Below, piece by piece: positions 28,331 to 37,642 of a stretch of 64,000 nt of DNA (position 1 is its first letter; the number at the start of each line of letters is the position of its first letter). The stretch lies in the NCBI GenBank assembly GCA_050115495.1, contig JASFQK010000005.1, forward strand, positions 32,001 to 96,000. Reading direction: 5' to 3'. Made by a program: the position numbers and the translations under genes. This DNA is from Phycisphaerae bacterium. Lineage in GTDB: Bacteria > Planctomycetota > Phycisphaerae > UBA1845 > Fen-1342. Under the pieces are notes generated by a model. The model was not told where the DNA came from. It saw only the letters and a program-made list of their open reading frames with translations, and did no database searches.

Positions 28331-28660
28331 ATGCCTGAATCGAGGGTCTGTTATCGTCGTCCGTTGGTGGCCGCTGCGGTAGTTCTCGCCACGATCTCGC
28401 TTGCCACGCCGGCGCACGCTACCACAAGCGGCGATCTACCGTGGGAGGAACCACTCCAACGTCTTGCCGACAGCTTCGCCGGCCCGGTCACCCAGGCCGT
28501 CCTTATTCTGGCAATCGTCGCGTTGGGCTTTGCCCTGGCTTTCTCCGAGGGTCCCATCCTCCGTCGAGTGCTGGGCGTGATACTCGGCTGCGCCATCGCT
28601 GCCACGGCAACCAGTTTTGCACTCTCGTTCTTTGGTTTCAGCAGTGGAGCTACGTTTTAG
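28331..28660 (+). CDS. trbC: Pilin TrbC (VirB2)
   Basis: Signal ending 'PAHA', 'LPWEEPLQRLADSFAGPV', two TM helices. Confidence 0.9.
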   Translation: MPESRVCYRRPLVAAAVVLATISLATPAHATTSGDLPWEEPLQRLADSFAGPVTQAVLILAIVALGFALAFSEGPILRRVLGVILGCAIAATATSFALSFFGFSSGATF

Positions 28661-28662
28661 CC

Positions 28663-28932
28663 ATGGCCAACCCAAAACACATCGACGGCTACGAGGCGCC
28701 CCTGTACGTCGCACTCACGCAGCCACCGCTCTTCGGCGGCGTACCGCGCGAATTCGGCATTCTGACGCTGGTGCTCACGCTAGTCGTAGCGGTCGGGTTG
28801 CGAATGTGGTGGCTCGGCTTGCCGGCTGGGCTCGCTTTGCACGGCGTGTCCGTCGCAATGACCCGCCGCGACCCGTATTGGCTGCTCGTCTTTCGTGCCC
28901 ACTTGAAACAACCCACGTTCCTGGATTGGTGA
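28663..28932 (+). CDS. trbD: TrbD (VirB3)
   Basis: 'PLYVALTQPPLFGGVPR', 'RRDP'; position in the operon. Confidence 0.88.
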   Translation: MANPKHIDGYEAPLYVALTQPPLFGGVPREFGILTLVLTLVVAVGLRMWWLGLPAGLALHGVSVAMTRRDPYWLLVFRAHLKQPTFLDW

Positions 28933-28936
28933 CGCC

Positions 28937-31390
28937 ATGTGGAATCTTCGCGAATACCGCCATCGCGCCCAGCGTCTTTCCGATCACCTGCCGTGGGCAG
29001 CGTTGATCGACCGCGGCGTGATCCTCAACAAAGATGGCAGCTTCCAGACAACGATCCGCTTCCGAGGTCCGGATGTGGACAGCGCCACGCCTGATGAGTT
29101 AATGGCGCTCCGCGCGCGGATGAATAACGTCCTGCGCCGCCTGCCGTCGAACTTCTGCGTACAGGTTGACGCGACGCGACGTCCCGCACCGTTGTTGTCG
29201 CCAGGCGAGTTTCCCAACGCCATCGCGCAGCGCATTGAGACCGAGCGTCAGCAAACGCTTTGTTTGTCCCCGGCGTTCGAGTCCGTTCAGCACTTCACAC
29301 TGACGTATCTGCCATTGGCCGATCATGTCCGGCGTGCCGCGGACTTCCTCATGAGCGAACCCGAGCGAACGCACGACCGCGGCGCGTCCTTCTACCGCGA
29401 CCAATTGCAGGCGTTTGAGCGTCGCGTCGCCCAGGTGATCAACGTTCTGACAACGTTCATGCCTGAAGTTCGCCGCCTCGATGACGACGAGACGCTCAGC
29501 TACCTACACGACTGCGTTTCCGAACGTCAGCTTTCCGTCAAGACGCCGCATGTTCCATGTTACCTGGACGAGTTCCTGACCGATACGCCGCTGATCGGCG
29601 GCCTTAGTCCGCGTCTGGGTCGCAACTACCTCAAAGTCGTGTCCGTGCGAGCATACATCAACAAGACCACACCCTGTCTGCTCGACGCGCTCAACGAATT
29701 GCCGGTGGCGTGTCGTTGGTGTGCCCGCTACCTACCGATGGACAAGGACGTTGCCGACGCCGAACTCAAACGACTTCGCCGCCACTGGTATGCCCGGCGC
29801 AAGGGCGTTGTCACGCTCATCAAGGAGTTTATCACTAAGGAAGAGAGCGCGCTGACCGACACGGATAGTCTCAACAAGGTCCAGGACGTGTCCGATGCGC
29901 TCGACGCACTTGGCGCTGACTGCTGCTCGTTCGGCCATTTCACGTTGACAATTACGACCTGGGATCCGGACGAGCACTCCGCTGAGGAGAAGGCACAAGT
30001 AATCCAGCGTGTCTGCGATAGCGCGGGACTAGTTTCGCGGATTGAAGACTTCAATGCAGTTCAAGCTTGGCTCGGCAGCCTGCCGGGACACGCCTACGCC
30101 GACGTGCGCCGCCCCATTCTGTCATCGCTGAATCTCTGCGACCTGATTCCGACTTCGAGCGTATGGTCCGGTGAAGTGCGGAACGCGCATCTCGACGGTC
30201 CGCCGCTGGCTGTCGTACATACCACTGGCTCGACACCTTTCCGACTCAATCTGCATCACGGCGATGTCGGCCACACGCTCGTTGCGGGGCCAACCGGCAG
30301 CGGCAAATCCACGCTGCTCAACTTCATCGCCCAGCAGTCGCTACGCTACCCGGGCGCCCAGGTCTACCTTTTCGACAAGGGACGCAGTTGCCTACCCATG
30401 ACGCTGGCGATGCGCGGCGATTTCTACGACCTCACCGCTGACGCCGCGACAGTCAGTTTCCAGCCGCTGGCCGCACTTGATCGCGAGGGCGAGCTCACGT
30501 GGGCTCACGGTTGGCTCATCGACATACTGCTGCGCGAGGGCGTGGAGGTCAGTCCCACACTCAAGGGTGAACTCTGGTCAACCCTTACCAACCTCGCAAG
30601 CATGCCGGTCGCCCACCGCACACTCACAACGCTGCTGGAACTGCTGCAAAGCACCACGATGCGTCAGGCCCTGCACAGCTATACGTTGGACGGACCACAC
30701 GGTCACCTGCTCGACGCGGACCACGACGCACTTTGCGACGGCAGTTGGCAAGCCTTCGAGATGGAAGCGCTAATGCACAGCCCGGCGCTTGTGCCGGTAT
30801 TGCTCTACCTGTTCCATCGTCTGGAACAGCGTTTCGCCGCACCGTTCACCGATCCGGAGGGCAAGACACAGAAGCCGCGTCCAACGTTCATGTTCCTGGA
30901 TGAGGCCTGGTTGTTCCTGGCCAATTCGACCTTTGCGACCAAAATCCGGGAATGGCTCAAGACGCTGCGCAAGAAGAATGTGGCGGTTCTCTTCGCGACA
31001 CAAAGCCTGGCAGACATCGCTGAGTCGTCGATTGCGACCGCCATTATCGAGAGTTGTCCGACGCGAATCTTCCTGCCCAACCCTTCGGCGTTTGAGCAGA
31101 ACACGCGCACCCTCTACGAGTCATTCGGTCTCAACGAGCGGCAAATCGCCATCCTGCAGAGTGCCGTCCAGAAGCAGGACTACTACTACCAGAGTCCGTC
31201 CGGCAATCGGCTCTTCCAGCTTGGTCTAGGCCCGGTCGCCCTCGCCCTCTGCGGCGGCGGCTCGCCCAAGGTGCAGGCCGCCATTCCCAGCCTGATCGAA
31301 CGATACGGAACTGATGGTATGGCCGAAGCCTATCTGCAAGAGCTTGGCGGCCTCACCGCCATCAACCGAGGAGACACGCAAGATGAATAA
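28937..31390 (+). CDS. trbE: TrbE (VirB4) ATPase
   Basis: 'LPWAALI...LNKDGSFQ', 'DVGHTLVAGPTGSGKS', 'LDEAW', 'WLKTLRKKN', 'ESCPTRIFLPN'. Confidence 0.95.
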   Translation: MWNLREYRHRAQRLSDHLPWAALIDRGVILNKDGSFQTTIRFRGPDVDSATPDELMALRARMNNVLRRLPSNFCVQVDATRRPAPLLSPGEFPNAIAQRIETERQQTLCLSPAFESVQHFTLTYLPLADHVRRAADFLMSEPERTHDRGASFYRDQLQAFERRVAQVINVLTTFMPEVRRLDDDETLSYLHDCVSERQLSVKTPHVPCYLDEFLTDTPLIGGLSPRLGRNYLKVVSVRAYINKTTPCLLDALNELPVACRWCARYLPMDKDVADAELKRLRRHWYARRKGVVTLIKEFITKEESALTDTDSLNKVQDVSDALDALGADCCSFGHFTLTITTWDPDEHSAEEKAQVIQRVCDSAGLVSRIEDFNAVQAWLGSLPGHAYADVRRPILSSLNLCDLIPTSSVWSGEVRNAHLDGPPLAVVHTTGSTPFRLNLHHGDVGHTLVAGPTGSGKSTLLNFIAQQSLRYPGAQVYLFDKGRSCLPMTLAMRGDFYDLTADAATVSFQPLAALDREGELTWAHGWLIDILLREGVEVSPTLKGELWSTLTNLASMPVAHRTLTTLLELLQSTTMRQALHSYTLDGPHGHLLDADHDALCDGSWQAFEMEALMHSPALVPVLLYLFHRLEQRFAAPFTDPEGKTQKPRPTFMFLDEAWLFLANSTFATKIREWLKTLRKKNVAVLFATQSLADIAESSIATAIIESCPTRIFLPNPSAFEQNTRTLYESFGLNERQIAILQSAVQKQDYYYQSPSGNRLFQLGLGPVALALCGGGSPKVQAAIPSLIERYGTDGMAEAYLQELGGLTAINRGDTQDE

Positions 31391-32150
31391 ACGAACCTCG
31401 ACGAATACAGCTCGTCGCGCGAGGCTCACCATCGCCCTCGTCAGCTTGGTGCTACTAATGCCGACTGGCAGCGCATTGGCGTTCTTCGGCGGCTTCGGCG
31501 GGATCGTCTTCGATCCTTCGAACTTCGTAGAAAACGTTCGCCAGGCGCTCGCGCTGCTGGAGACTATCGATCGCGCCAGCACGCAGATTCGCCAGCAACA
31601 ACGCATGCTCGCCGACTTGCCGGTCACCGTGGCGAACGCGCTCTCCGACGCGGGCGATGCGCTCCACGACACGCTTGCCGCCGGAGAATCCAGCCCCGAT
31701 ATCGGCGTGCAACTAGACGCTCGGTATCCGATTGACACGCCTGGTGACACACCGGCGTGGCTGGACGGGGTGCAGCCTCTCTGGACCGAGGCACAACGCG
31801 ACGCACTACTGCACGAACGTGAGGTCTACAGCATGGTGTACGACCAAGCTACGCCCTCAGCGGAACGGCTAGCGCAACTGATCGAAGCGTCCAACGGCGT
31901 TCACGCCGCCAGCAACGAGTTGCCCGGAGTCATGGCCGTTGCACAAGCGCACCACGAATTGCTGGCCGCGTGCTCAGGTGAAGTGGACAAGCTCATCGCA
32001 CTGCGTGTCGTGCGCACTCAACGTCGCATCGAAACCCGGGCCAGCGTCCAATCGGAAGCTGCGTATCACCTGGCCCGTCGTACCGCATTGCTGCGCGATT
32101 GGACTACCGAAACGCCCACGTTCTCTCGGCCGGCTGAATCTCCCTTCTAA
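31383..32150 (+). CDS. trbJ: TrbJ/VirB5-like protein, copy 1
   Basis: Signal peptide then 'IVFDPSNFVEN'; Gln-rich helices. Confidence 0.7.
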   Translation: MNKRTSTNTARRARLTIALVSLVLLMPTGSALAFFGGFGGIVFDPSNFVENVRQALALLETIDRASTQIRQQQRMLADLPVTVANALSDAGDALHDTLAAGESSPDIGVQLDARYPIDTPGDTPAWLDGVQPLWTEAQRDALLHEREVYSMVYDQATPSAERLAQLIEASNGVHAASNELPGVMAVAQAHHELLAACSGEVDKLIALRVVRTQRRIETRASVQSEAAYHLARRTALLRDWTTETPTFSRPAESPF

Positions 32151-32165
32151 GCGAGGAGTAGACTC

Positions 32166-32882
32166 ATGAACCGTACTCTCCGAACGACCGTCATTGCCAC
32201 CATGACACTGCTGTTACTGACGCCGCCCTTGCTAGCGGCGGTGATCGTCTTTGACCCGACTAACTTCGGCGTCAACCTGGAACAGGTGGCCCACCACCTC
32301 GAAGTGATCTCCCGGCTCGATCGCCAAATCCGCAACCAGGCCCGCATGCTGGAGAACTGGCAGTTCACGCACCTAGGCCAGCTCCTTGCGTCGATGGAGC
32401 GAATTCGCGGCACGGTCGAGGGCGTCGCTGCCGTCGATCTTCTCGGCCTGTATCCCATCGACTCCGGTGCATACGCCGATCGTGATGCCAACGCCATGCA
32501 GGAACTCCGTCGGCAACGATTGGAGTCACACCGCGCTGCCGTGCTTCAAGCCCGCACCGCCCAGAACCAGGTCGTCGGCGAGATGCCCGGCGCTCAGAGC
32601 CGCGTGCGCGACTACCTCGAACACTCGCGCGTCGCCCCCGGACAGACTGCCGTCCTGCAGGCCAGCAACGAGACAATCGCCACTCTCGCCGCGCAATTGC
32701 AGGACCTGCAAGCGTTGGAACTCGCCGAGGCCCGTGTCGAACTGGAAACCGAAGCACAGCATCAAGCGGAGGCTGCGTTCCACCGCCAGCGTTGCGCGTG
32801 GCTCATGCGTGACTGGTCCGCTGACGACATGTCCACGTCTGCGCCACAGCGCCCAATCCAGTCACCGTTTGGGAATCAATAG
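32166..32882 (+). CDS. trbJ: TrbJ/VirB5-like protein, copy 2
   Basis: Signal peptide then 'IVFDPTNFGVN', 'QIRNQARMLEN', 'GQTAVLQASN'. Confidence 0.75.
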   Translation: MNRTLRTTVIATMTLLLLTPPLLAAVIVFDPTNFGVNLEQVAHHLEVISRLDRQIRNQARMLENWQFTHLGQLLASMERIRGTVEGVAAVDLLGLYPIDSGAYADRDANAMQELRRQRLESHRAAVLQARTAQNQVVGEMPGAQSRVRDYLEHSRVAPGQTAVLQASNETIATLAAQLQDLQALELAEARVELETEAQHQAEAAFHRQRCAWLMRDWSADDMSTSAPQRPIQSPFGNQ

Positions 32883-32908
32883 GGCACGAGTTCGGACGAG
32901 GATTAGCG

Positions 32909-33886
32909 ATGAGCATCATCAACGAGACATTGCAGCAGTACCTCGACGCGATCAACTCCGGCTTTGGGTTCATCGGCGGCGACGTGCGCTGGCTGTTCAA
33001 CATCCTCGTCTTGCTAAACATCGTTGTGGCTGCGCTCTTCTGGGCGTTCAGTGAGGATCAGATCCTCGTTCCGCTGATTCGCAAAATCCTCTACATCGGC
33101 ATCTTCGCGTGGATCGTAGAGAATTGGGTCGAGCTCACCAACATTCTGGCCCAGACCTTCATGCTCCTGGGCATCAAGGCCGGCGGCGGGCACGTCGATC
33201 ACGATATCCTGCTCAATCCAGGCGACATCGCCGAACGCGGACTCACGACAATTACGCCGATGATCCAGGCCATTCGCGATCTATCGGGGCCGGTAGCCTT
33301 CTTCGAAAACTTCGCCGAAATCCTGCTGCTGACGCTTGCCACTCTAGCGGTCATCGCGGCCTTCTTCCTGATCGCGATTCAGGCAGCCATGGCCATTCTG
33401 ACATTCAAGCTGGGTTCGCTTGCCGCCTTCGTTCTACTCCCGTTCAGCCTCATCACGCATACCGCGTTCATGGCCGAGCGGCCGTTGGGTTGGGTCGTGA
33501 CCGCCGGTGTGCGTCTGATGTTGCTCACGCTGGTCGTTGGTCTTGGCGAGGCGATTTTCGCTCGCCTGGAGATTACCCCCGAGCAACTCACAATTCGCAC
33601 CGCACTGGACATCGCACTCGGGGCCATTGTCCTGATGGTGCTCGCGTTGACCTCTTCACGCCTCGCGAGCGACCTCGCCACCGGCACACCCCGTCTTGGC
33701 GCCCTGGACGCGGGCATTGCGCTCGGCGGCGTTGCAGTCACCGCCACGTATGCGACGCGCAAAGTCCTGGCTGGCGCCGGACACGTCGCATCCGGCGCGC
33801 GCCTCGCCGCTGCCAAGGCCGCTTCGGGGATATCGGGAGCAGCGAAGTCGTTCCGCGCAAACTCAAAGGACAAGAGCGGATCATGA
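32909..33886 (+). CDS. trbL: TrbL (VirB6)
   Basis: 'IN.GFGFIGGDV', 'KILYIG.FA', 'TFKL', 'TAFMAER'; polytopic membrane protein. Confidence 0.9.
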   Translation: MSIINETLQQYLDAINSGFGFIGGDVRWLFNILVLLNIVVAALFWAFSEDQILVPLIRKILYIGIFAWIVENWVELTNILAQTFMLLGIKAGGGHVDHDILLNPGDIAERGLTTITPMIQAIRDLSGPVAFFENFAEILLLTLATLAVIAAFFLIAIQAAMAILTFKLGSLAAFVLLPFSLITHTAFMAERPLGWVVTAGVRLMLLTLVVGLGEAIFARLEITPEQLTIRTALDIALGAIVLMVLALTSSRLASDLATGTPRLGALDAGIALGGVAVTATYATRKVLAGAGHVASGARLAAAKAASGISGAAKSFRANSKDKSGS

Positions 33887-33902
33887 TGGAGGAATCGACC
33901 CA

Positions 33903-34685
33903 ATGAGTTTCCCGAAACAAACCACGACCTATGGACCCCGTCCCGCACATGACACGACCGCGTCGCCGTACGATCGGGCCAAGCACGAATGGGACGAGCG
34001 CATCGGCTCGACTCGCGTGCAGGCCTTCCACTGGCGGCTCATCGCGTTTGTGTCGCTCGTTGGCATGCTCGGACTTGGCGTCACGCTCGCGTTTGTCACC
34101 GTCCGCAAGGACATCAAGACGTACGTTATCGAGATCGACCAACTCGGTAAGCCGGCTCGAATTACACTGGCCGGTGACTGCTACCGTCCCGATGCGGCCC
34201 ATGCCGCCTACTTCATCGGCCAGCTCGTGCGTTTGGTCCGCGCTCGCCCACTCGACCCCGTTGTCGTTCGCGACAACTGGAAATCAGCTTATGGATTCCT
34301 TGCCGGAGACGCCGTTCACACGATGAACGCGTATGCGGTCAGCGATCCACCGCTACGCAGCATCGAGGGACGACCGCTGACACGCACGGTGGCCATCACA
34401 AACGTGCTTCAGAAGAGCGCCGACACCTACCAAGTCCGTTGGCTGGAGACCGAATACGTCGGCGGAGTTCCGCAACGGCCCGAACAACATACGGGCCTTT
34501 TCCAGATCGAAGTCAAACCGCCGCGTACTGAAACAGACGTCTTCCGCAATCCGCTGGGCATGTACGTCGTTTCGTTCAGTTGGAGCCGGGAGTTCACCGA
34601 TGCCGTCGTCAGCGATACCCAACCGGCCTCAGTTCCCCAAGTACCGACCACTCAGGAGTCCGATCATGAAGTACACGAAAACTAG
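33903..34685 (+). CDS. trbF: TrbF (VirB8-like)
   Basis: 'SPYDRAKHEWDERIGS', 'DPVVVRDNW..AY', 'NPLGMYV'. Confidence 0.92.
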   Translation: MSFPKQTTTYGPRPAHDTTASPYDRAKHEWDERIGSTRVQAFHWRLIAFVSLVGMLGLGVTLAFVTVRKDIKTYVIEIDQLGKPARITLAGDCYRPDAAHAAYFIGQLVRLVRARPLDPVVVRDNWKSAYGFLAGDAVHTMNAYAVSDPPLRSIEGRPLTRTVAITNVLQKSADTYQVRWLETEYVGGVPQRPEQHTGLFQIEVKPPRTETDVFRNPLGMYVVSFSWSREFTDAVVSDTQPASVPQVPTTQESDHEVHEN

Positions 34686-35751
34686 CGGTCTGCTGGTGCT
34701 CATACTGCTGCTTCCTTGCAGCGGCTGTTTTCTGGCACGGCCCACCGACGGATTGGTCGTCTATCGCCGGCCATGGCAAATGATTGATTCCTCGCCCGTT
34801 GCGCGGCCGCCACGCCAACCACCGGATGTTCCGACAGCTTCAGACACATCACAAAACGCTGCCACCGCGACGGGCACTACGAAGCGTCGTGTCATTGGGC
34901 CCAACACTGACCGGCAGGATGTAACCCCCGCCGAAGCCGTGGAAGCCGCTCGTGAAGACGCCACGCAACAGCCGACACCCGAGGGATTCATCGATGCCGT
35001 ACAGGTCTACGACTACGAACCCGGGGCAGTATACGAAGTGCTCACGGCACCCGGATTCGTCACCGTGCTCCGCCTGCGCCCCGGCGAACAAGTGCAGAAT
35101 TTGGCCGCAGGCGATACGAGCCGCTGGCTGATCGATACTGTCGCAGCCGGCGTCGTAGATCCGCAGGCCGTGCTCTCGGACGATCTGTTGATCAAAACCG
35201 ATCGGCAGCCGGACACGAGACTCTCCGTGCTCATCAAACCACGTCGGCCCGCACTACAGACGAATCTCGTCGTCACCACCTCCGAGCGCACGTATCTAAT
35301 CGACCTGAAGAGCGTGGAAACCACTGCGTACCACTCCGTGGTTGAATGGACTTACCCACACGCGCCAACGAACTCGCCGCCCGTTGCCCCCTCGGCTACA
35401 CGCACCTCGGTCGATAGCGACACGCGTAATTACGCCTATCTCATCAAGGTTCCGCACGACCACGTGCCGCGCTGGACACCTGTGTGCGTGTTTGACGACG
35501 GCCACCGCGTGTACGTGCGTTTCCCCGACCACATCAACGACGTCCGCCGCCCGCCACTCTTCATTGTGGACCCGGATGGCGCCGTGCGGCTGGTCAACTA
35601 TCACGTCGAGGACCGCAGCTACGTCGTCCATGAGCTGTTCGACCGCGCCGAGCTGCGCCTTGGTGCCGAACGCGTCATCATTGATCGCGTCAAACCCAAA
35701 CGTCCGAGCTTGCTTGGCGCTGTCGCGGATTTAATCGGTATCGGGGACTAG
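34666..35751 (+). CDS. trbG: TrbG (VirB9)
   Basis: 'AVQVYDYEPGAVY', 'AGDTSRW', 'TNLVVTTSERTY', 'VFDDG', 'VNY'. Confidence 0.9.
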   Translation: MKYTKTSGLLVLILLLPCSGCFLARPTDGLVVYRRPWQMIDSSPVARPPRQPPDVPTASDTSQNAATATGTTKRRVIGPNTDRQDVTPAEAVEAAREDATQQPTPEGFIDAVQVYDYEPGAVYEVLTAPGFVTVLRLRPGEQVQNLAAGDTSRWLIDTVAAGVVDPQAVLSDDLLIKTDRQPDTRLSVLIKPRRPALQTNLVVTTSERTYLIDLKSVETTAYHSVVEWTYPHAPTNSPPVAPSATRTSVDSDTRNYAYLIKVPHDHVPRWTPVCVFDDGHRVYVRFPDHINDVRRPPLFIVDPDGAVRLVNYHVEDRSYVVHELFDRAELRLGAERVIIDRVKPKRPSLLGAVADLIGIGD

Positions 35752-35758
35752 GTGAACC

Positions 35759-36955
35759 ATGGACACGAAACCTGATCCGACAACAAGGCGCCCAGTAGAC
35801 GAAGTGCTGCGCGCGTATCCACCTCTTCCACGCGTTCGCCGGCTCAAACCCCGCGCCGTCGCACTCATTCTCGGCGCGCTGGCCCTGCTTTTCTGCGGGC
35901 GGATGACCGTCAAGCTCTTTGATCACCAAGTCGAATCCGACGACCAATTCAGCGGCACTCGGCTGCGTGCGACGGACGACATGCTGCAACGCGGCCCGAT
36001 CGGCCAGCTTCCGACAGACTATTCGTTCATTCCGCCGGAACCGCCGCCACCCGAGCCGGTTGTTGAGCTGCCGGCACACGAAACCGTGGAGGAACCGCCG
36101 GAGTTGAGCGCTGAGCAACGCCGCCGCCTTGAGGCCTTGCGCCAGGAAATGGAAAACGCGCTGGATTCGCCCATCTGCTTCGCCGGCACACGCATTGCAC
36201 AACCAGTCTCACAACAACCAACGATCGGAATGCCGTTTCAACGGGACGAAGCGTTTCCTGACATGGGCGATGTCGCGTCCGATCAGCGTCCGCGCAGTGA
36301 TGCGCACAACCGGGCATTCCTGCGTGAGGTCGCCAACGTTAAGACTCGTGTGGACAGTGCATTGGAGTTGCCATGTTCACCGTATGAGTTGAAAGCTGGC
36401 GCCATCATCCCGGCCGCGCTGGTCACCGCCATAAACAGCGACCTGCCCGGTGATGTAATCGGACAGGTTACTGCGAACGTGTACGACTCGGTCACCGGCC
36501 GCCATCTTCTCGTCCCGCAGGGCACACGCATGATCGGCCGCTACAACAGCGAAGTCCTCAACGGGCAGAACCGCGTGCTCATCGCCTGGCAACGACTCAT
36601 TTTCCCGAACGGTAGCTCGATCATCCTGGAGGCCATGCCCGGAACGGATGCGGCGGGAGTGTCCGGCATGGCCGACCGTGTTGATTATCATGGCGCTCAG
36701 CTTGCCGGCGCCACGCTACTCTCCACGCTCGTCGCGCTCGGCGGTAACTTCGCCGCGGACGTGAACCGCGAACAACAGGAACTCGCCATCGTTGCCAACA
36801 CGGTCGCCGAGCAGGCATCACGCGTGGCACAACGAATCATCGATCGCGAACTCGACATCAAGCCGACGATACTCATCCGCGCCGGACTACCGCTCAACGT
36901 CCTGGTGAATCGCGACCTTGAGCTTGCGCCATACGCACCGCGCGGCTGTCAGTGA
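35759..36955 (+). CDS. trbI: TrbI (VirB10)
   Basis: 'SPYELKAGAIIPAALVTAINSDLPG', 'WQRLIFPNG', 'PTILIRAG'. Confidence 0.93.
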   Translation: MDTKPDPTTRRPVDEVLRAYPPLPRVRRLKPRAVALILGALALLFCGRMTVKLFDHQVESDDQFSGTRLRATDDMLQRGPIGQLPTDYSFIPPEPPPPEPVVELPAHETVEEPPELSAEQRRRLEALRQEMENALDSPICFAGTRIAQPVSQQPTIGMPFQRDEAFPDMGDVASDQRPRSDAHNRAFLREVANVKTRVDSALELPCSPYELKAGAIIPAALVTAINSDLPGDVIGQVTANVYDSVTGRHLLVPQGTRMIGRYNSEVLNGQNRVLIAWQRLIFPNGSSIILEAMPGTDAAGVSGMADRVDYHGAQLAGATLLSTLVALGGNFAADVNREQQELAIVANTVAEQASRVAQRIIDRELDIKPTILIRAGLPLNVLVNRDLELAPYAPRGCQ

Positions 36956-36982
36956 CTCGCAGCCCCAATCGGAGGAAAGGAC

Positions 36983-37285
36983 ATGAAAGCAGACATCGCC
37001 TTACGTCCGTGTCATATCACGGAGACCACACGCTTCACCGTCGAGGCCGACTACGAGTTGACCGAAGCGTTGCACCGTTACCAAGCGTACTATCGCGAGG
37101 CCTACGGTCACGCTGTTACAGAAGCGGACTTGTTGCGCGCCATGGCCAGGCAGTTCATAGCCGACGACAAGGACTTCCAGGGATTCGGCCGCAAGCAGCG
37201 ACGTTCCACTCGGAGACGGTCCACCGCAGGCAAAGGCGATGGCGTCCCGGGCGACAAACTCGCCTTTGAGCAGGCGACGAAGTAG
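36983..37285 (+). CDS. Small protein following trbI (DUF2274-like)
   Basis: GGAGG/AAAGGA RBS; 'YQAYYREAYG', 'FIADDKDF'; typical position after trbI. Confidence 0.7.
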   Translation: MKADIALRPCHITETTRFTVEADYELTEALHRYQAYYREAYGHAVTEADLLRAMARQFIADDKDFQGFGRKQRRSTRRRSTAGKGDGVPGDKLAFEQATK

Positions 37286-37294
37286 GAGTCTCTC

Positions 37295-37639
37295 ATGCAC
37301 GACACGTCGAAGAGGCAACACCTATGCCGACCCAGCGCCGAGGGTGACCGTGCTTCGACGGTTGCGGCTTCTGCATCCCCTGGCTGGCACAATCACGCGG
37401 CCAGTCTCTCCGACCTGCCTGATCCGTGCACTTCCGCCCAACTAGCCGCCGTCCTGGGCAAATCCCCAAAGACCGTCGTCGACTGGTGCCAGGAGCGCGA
37501 TTACACTCTGATCCCGTGTTTCCGGCTCGGGAATCGGTGGTACCACCGTGTGCCCGAGTTGGTTCGATGGCTCAATGGGGTCAAGAGTGGTCGCATCGAG
37601 TTTCGCCGCAAACCGCGCATCTCCCGGCCAAGGAGGTGA
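37295..37639 (+). CDS. Excisionase/recombination directionality factor-like HTH protein
   Basis: 'TSAQLAAVLGKSPKTVVDWC...IPCFRLGNRW...ELVRWL'; directly upstream of the integrase. Confidence 0.75.
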   Translation: MHDTSKRQHLCRPSAEGDRASTVAASASPGWHNHAASLSDLPDPCTSAQLAAVLGKSPKTVVDWCQERDYTLIPCFRLGNRWYHRVPELVRWLNGVKSGRIEFRRKPRISRPRR

Positions 37640-37642
37640 TGC

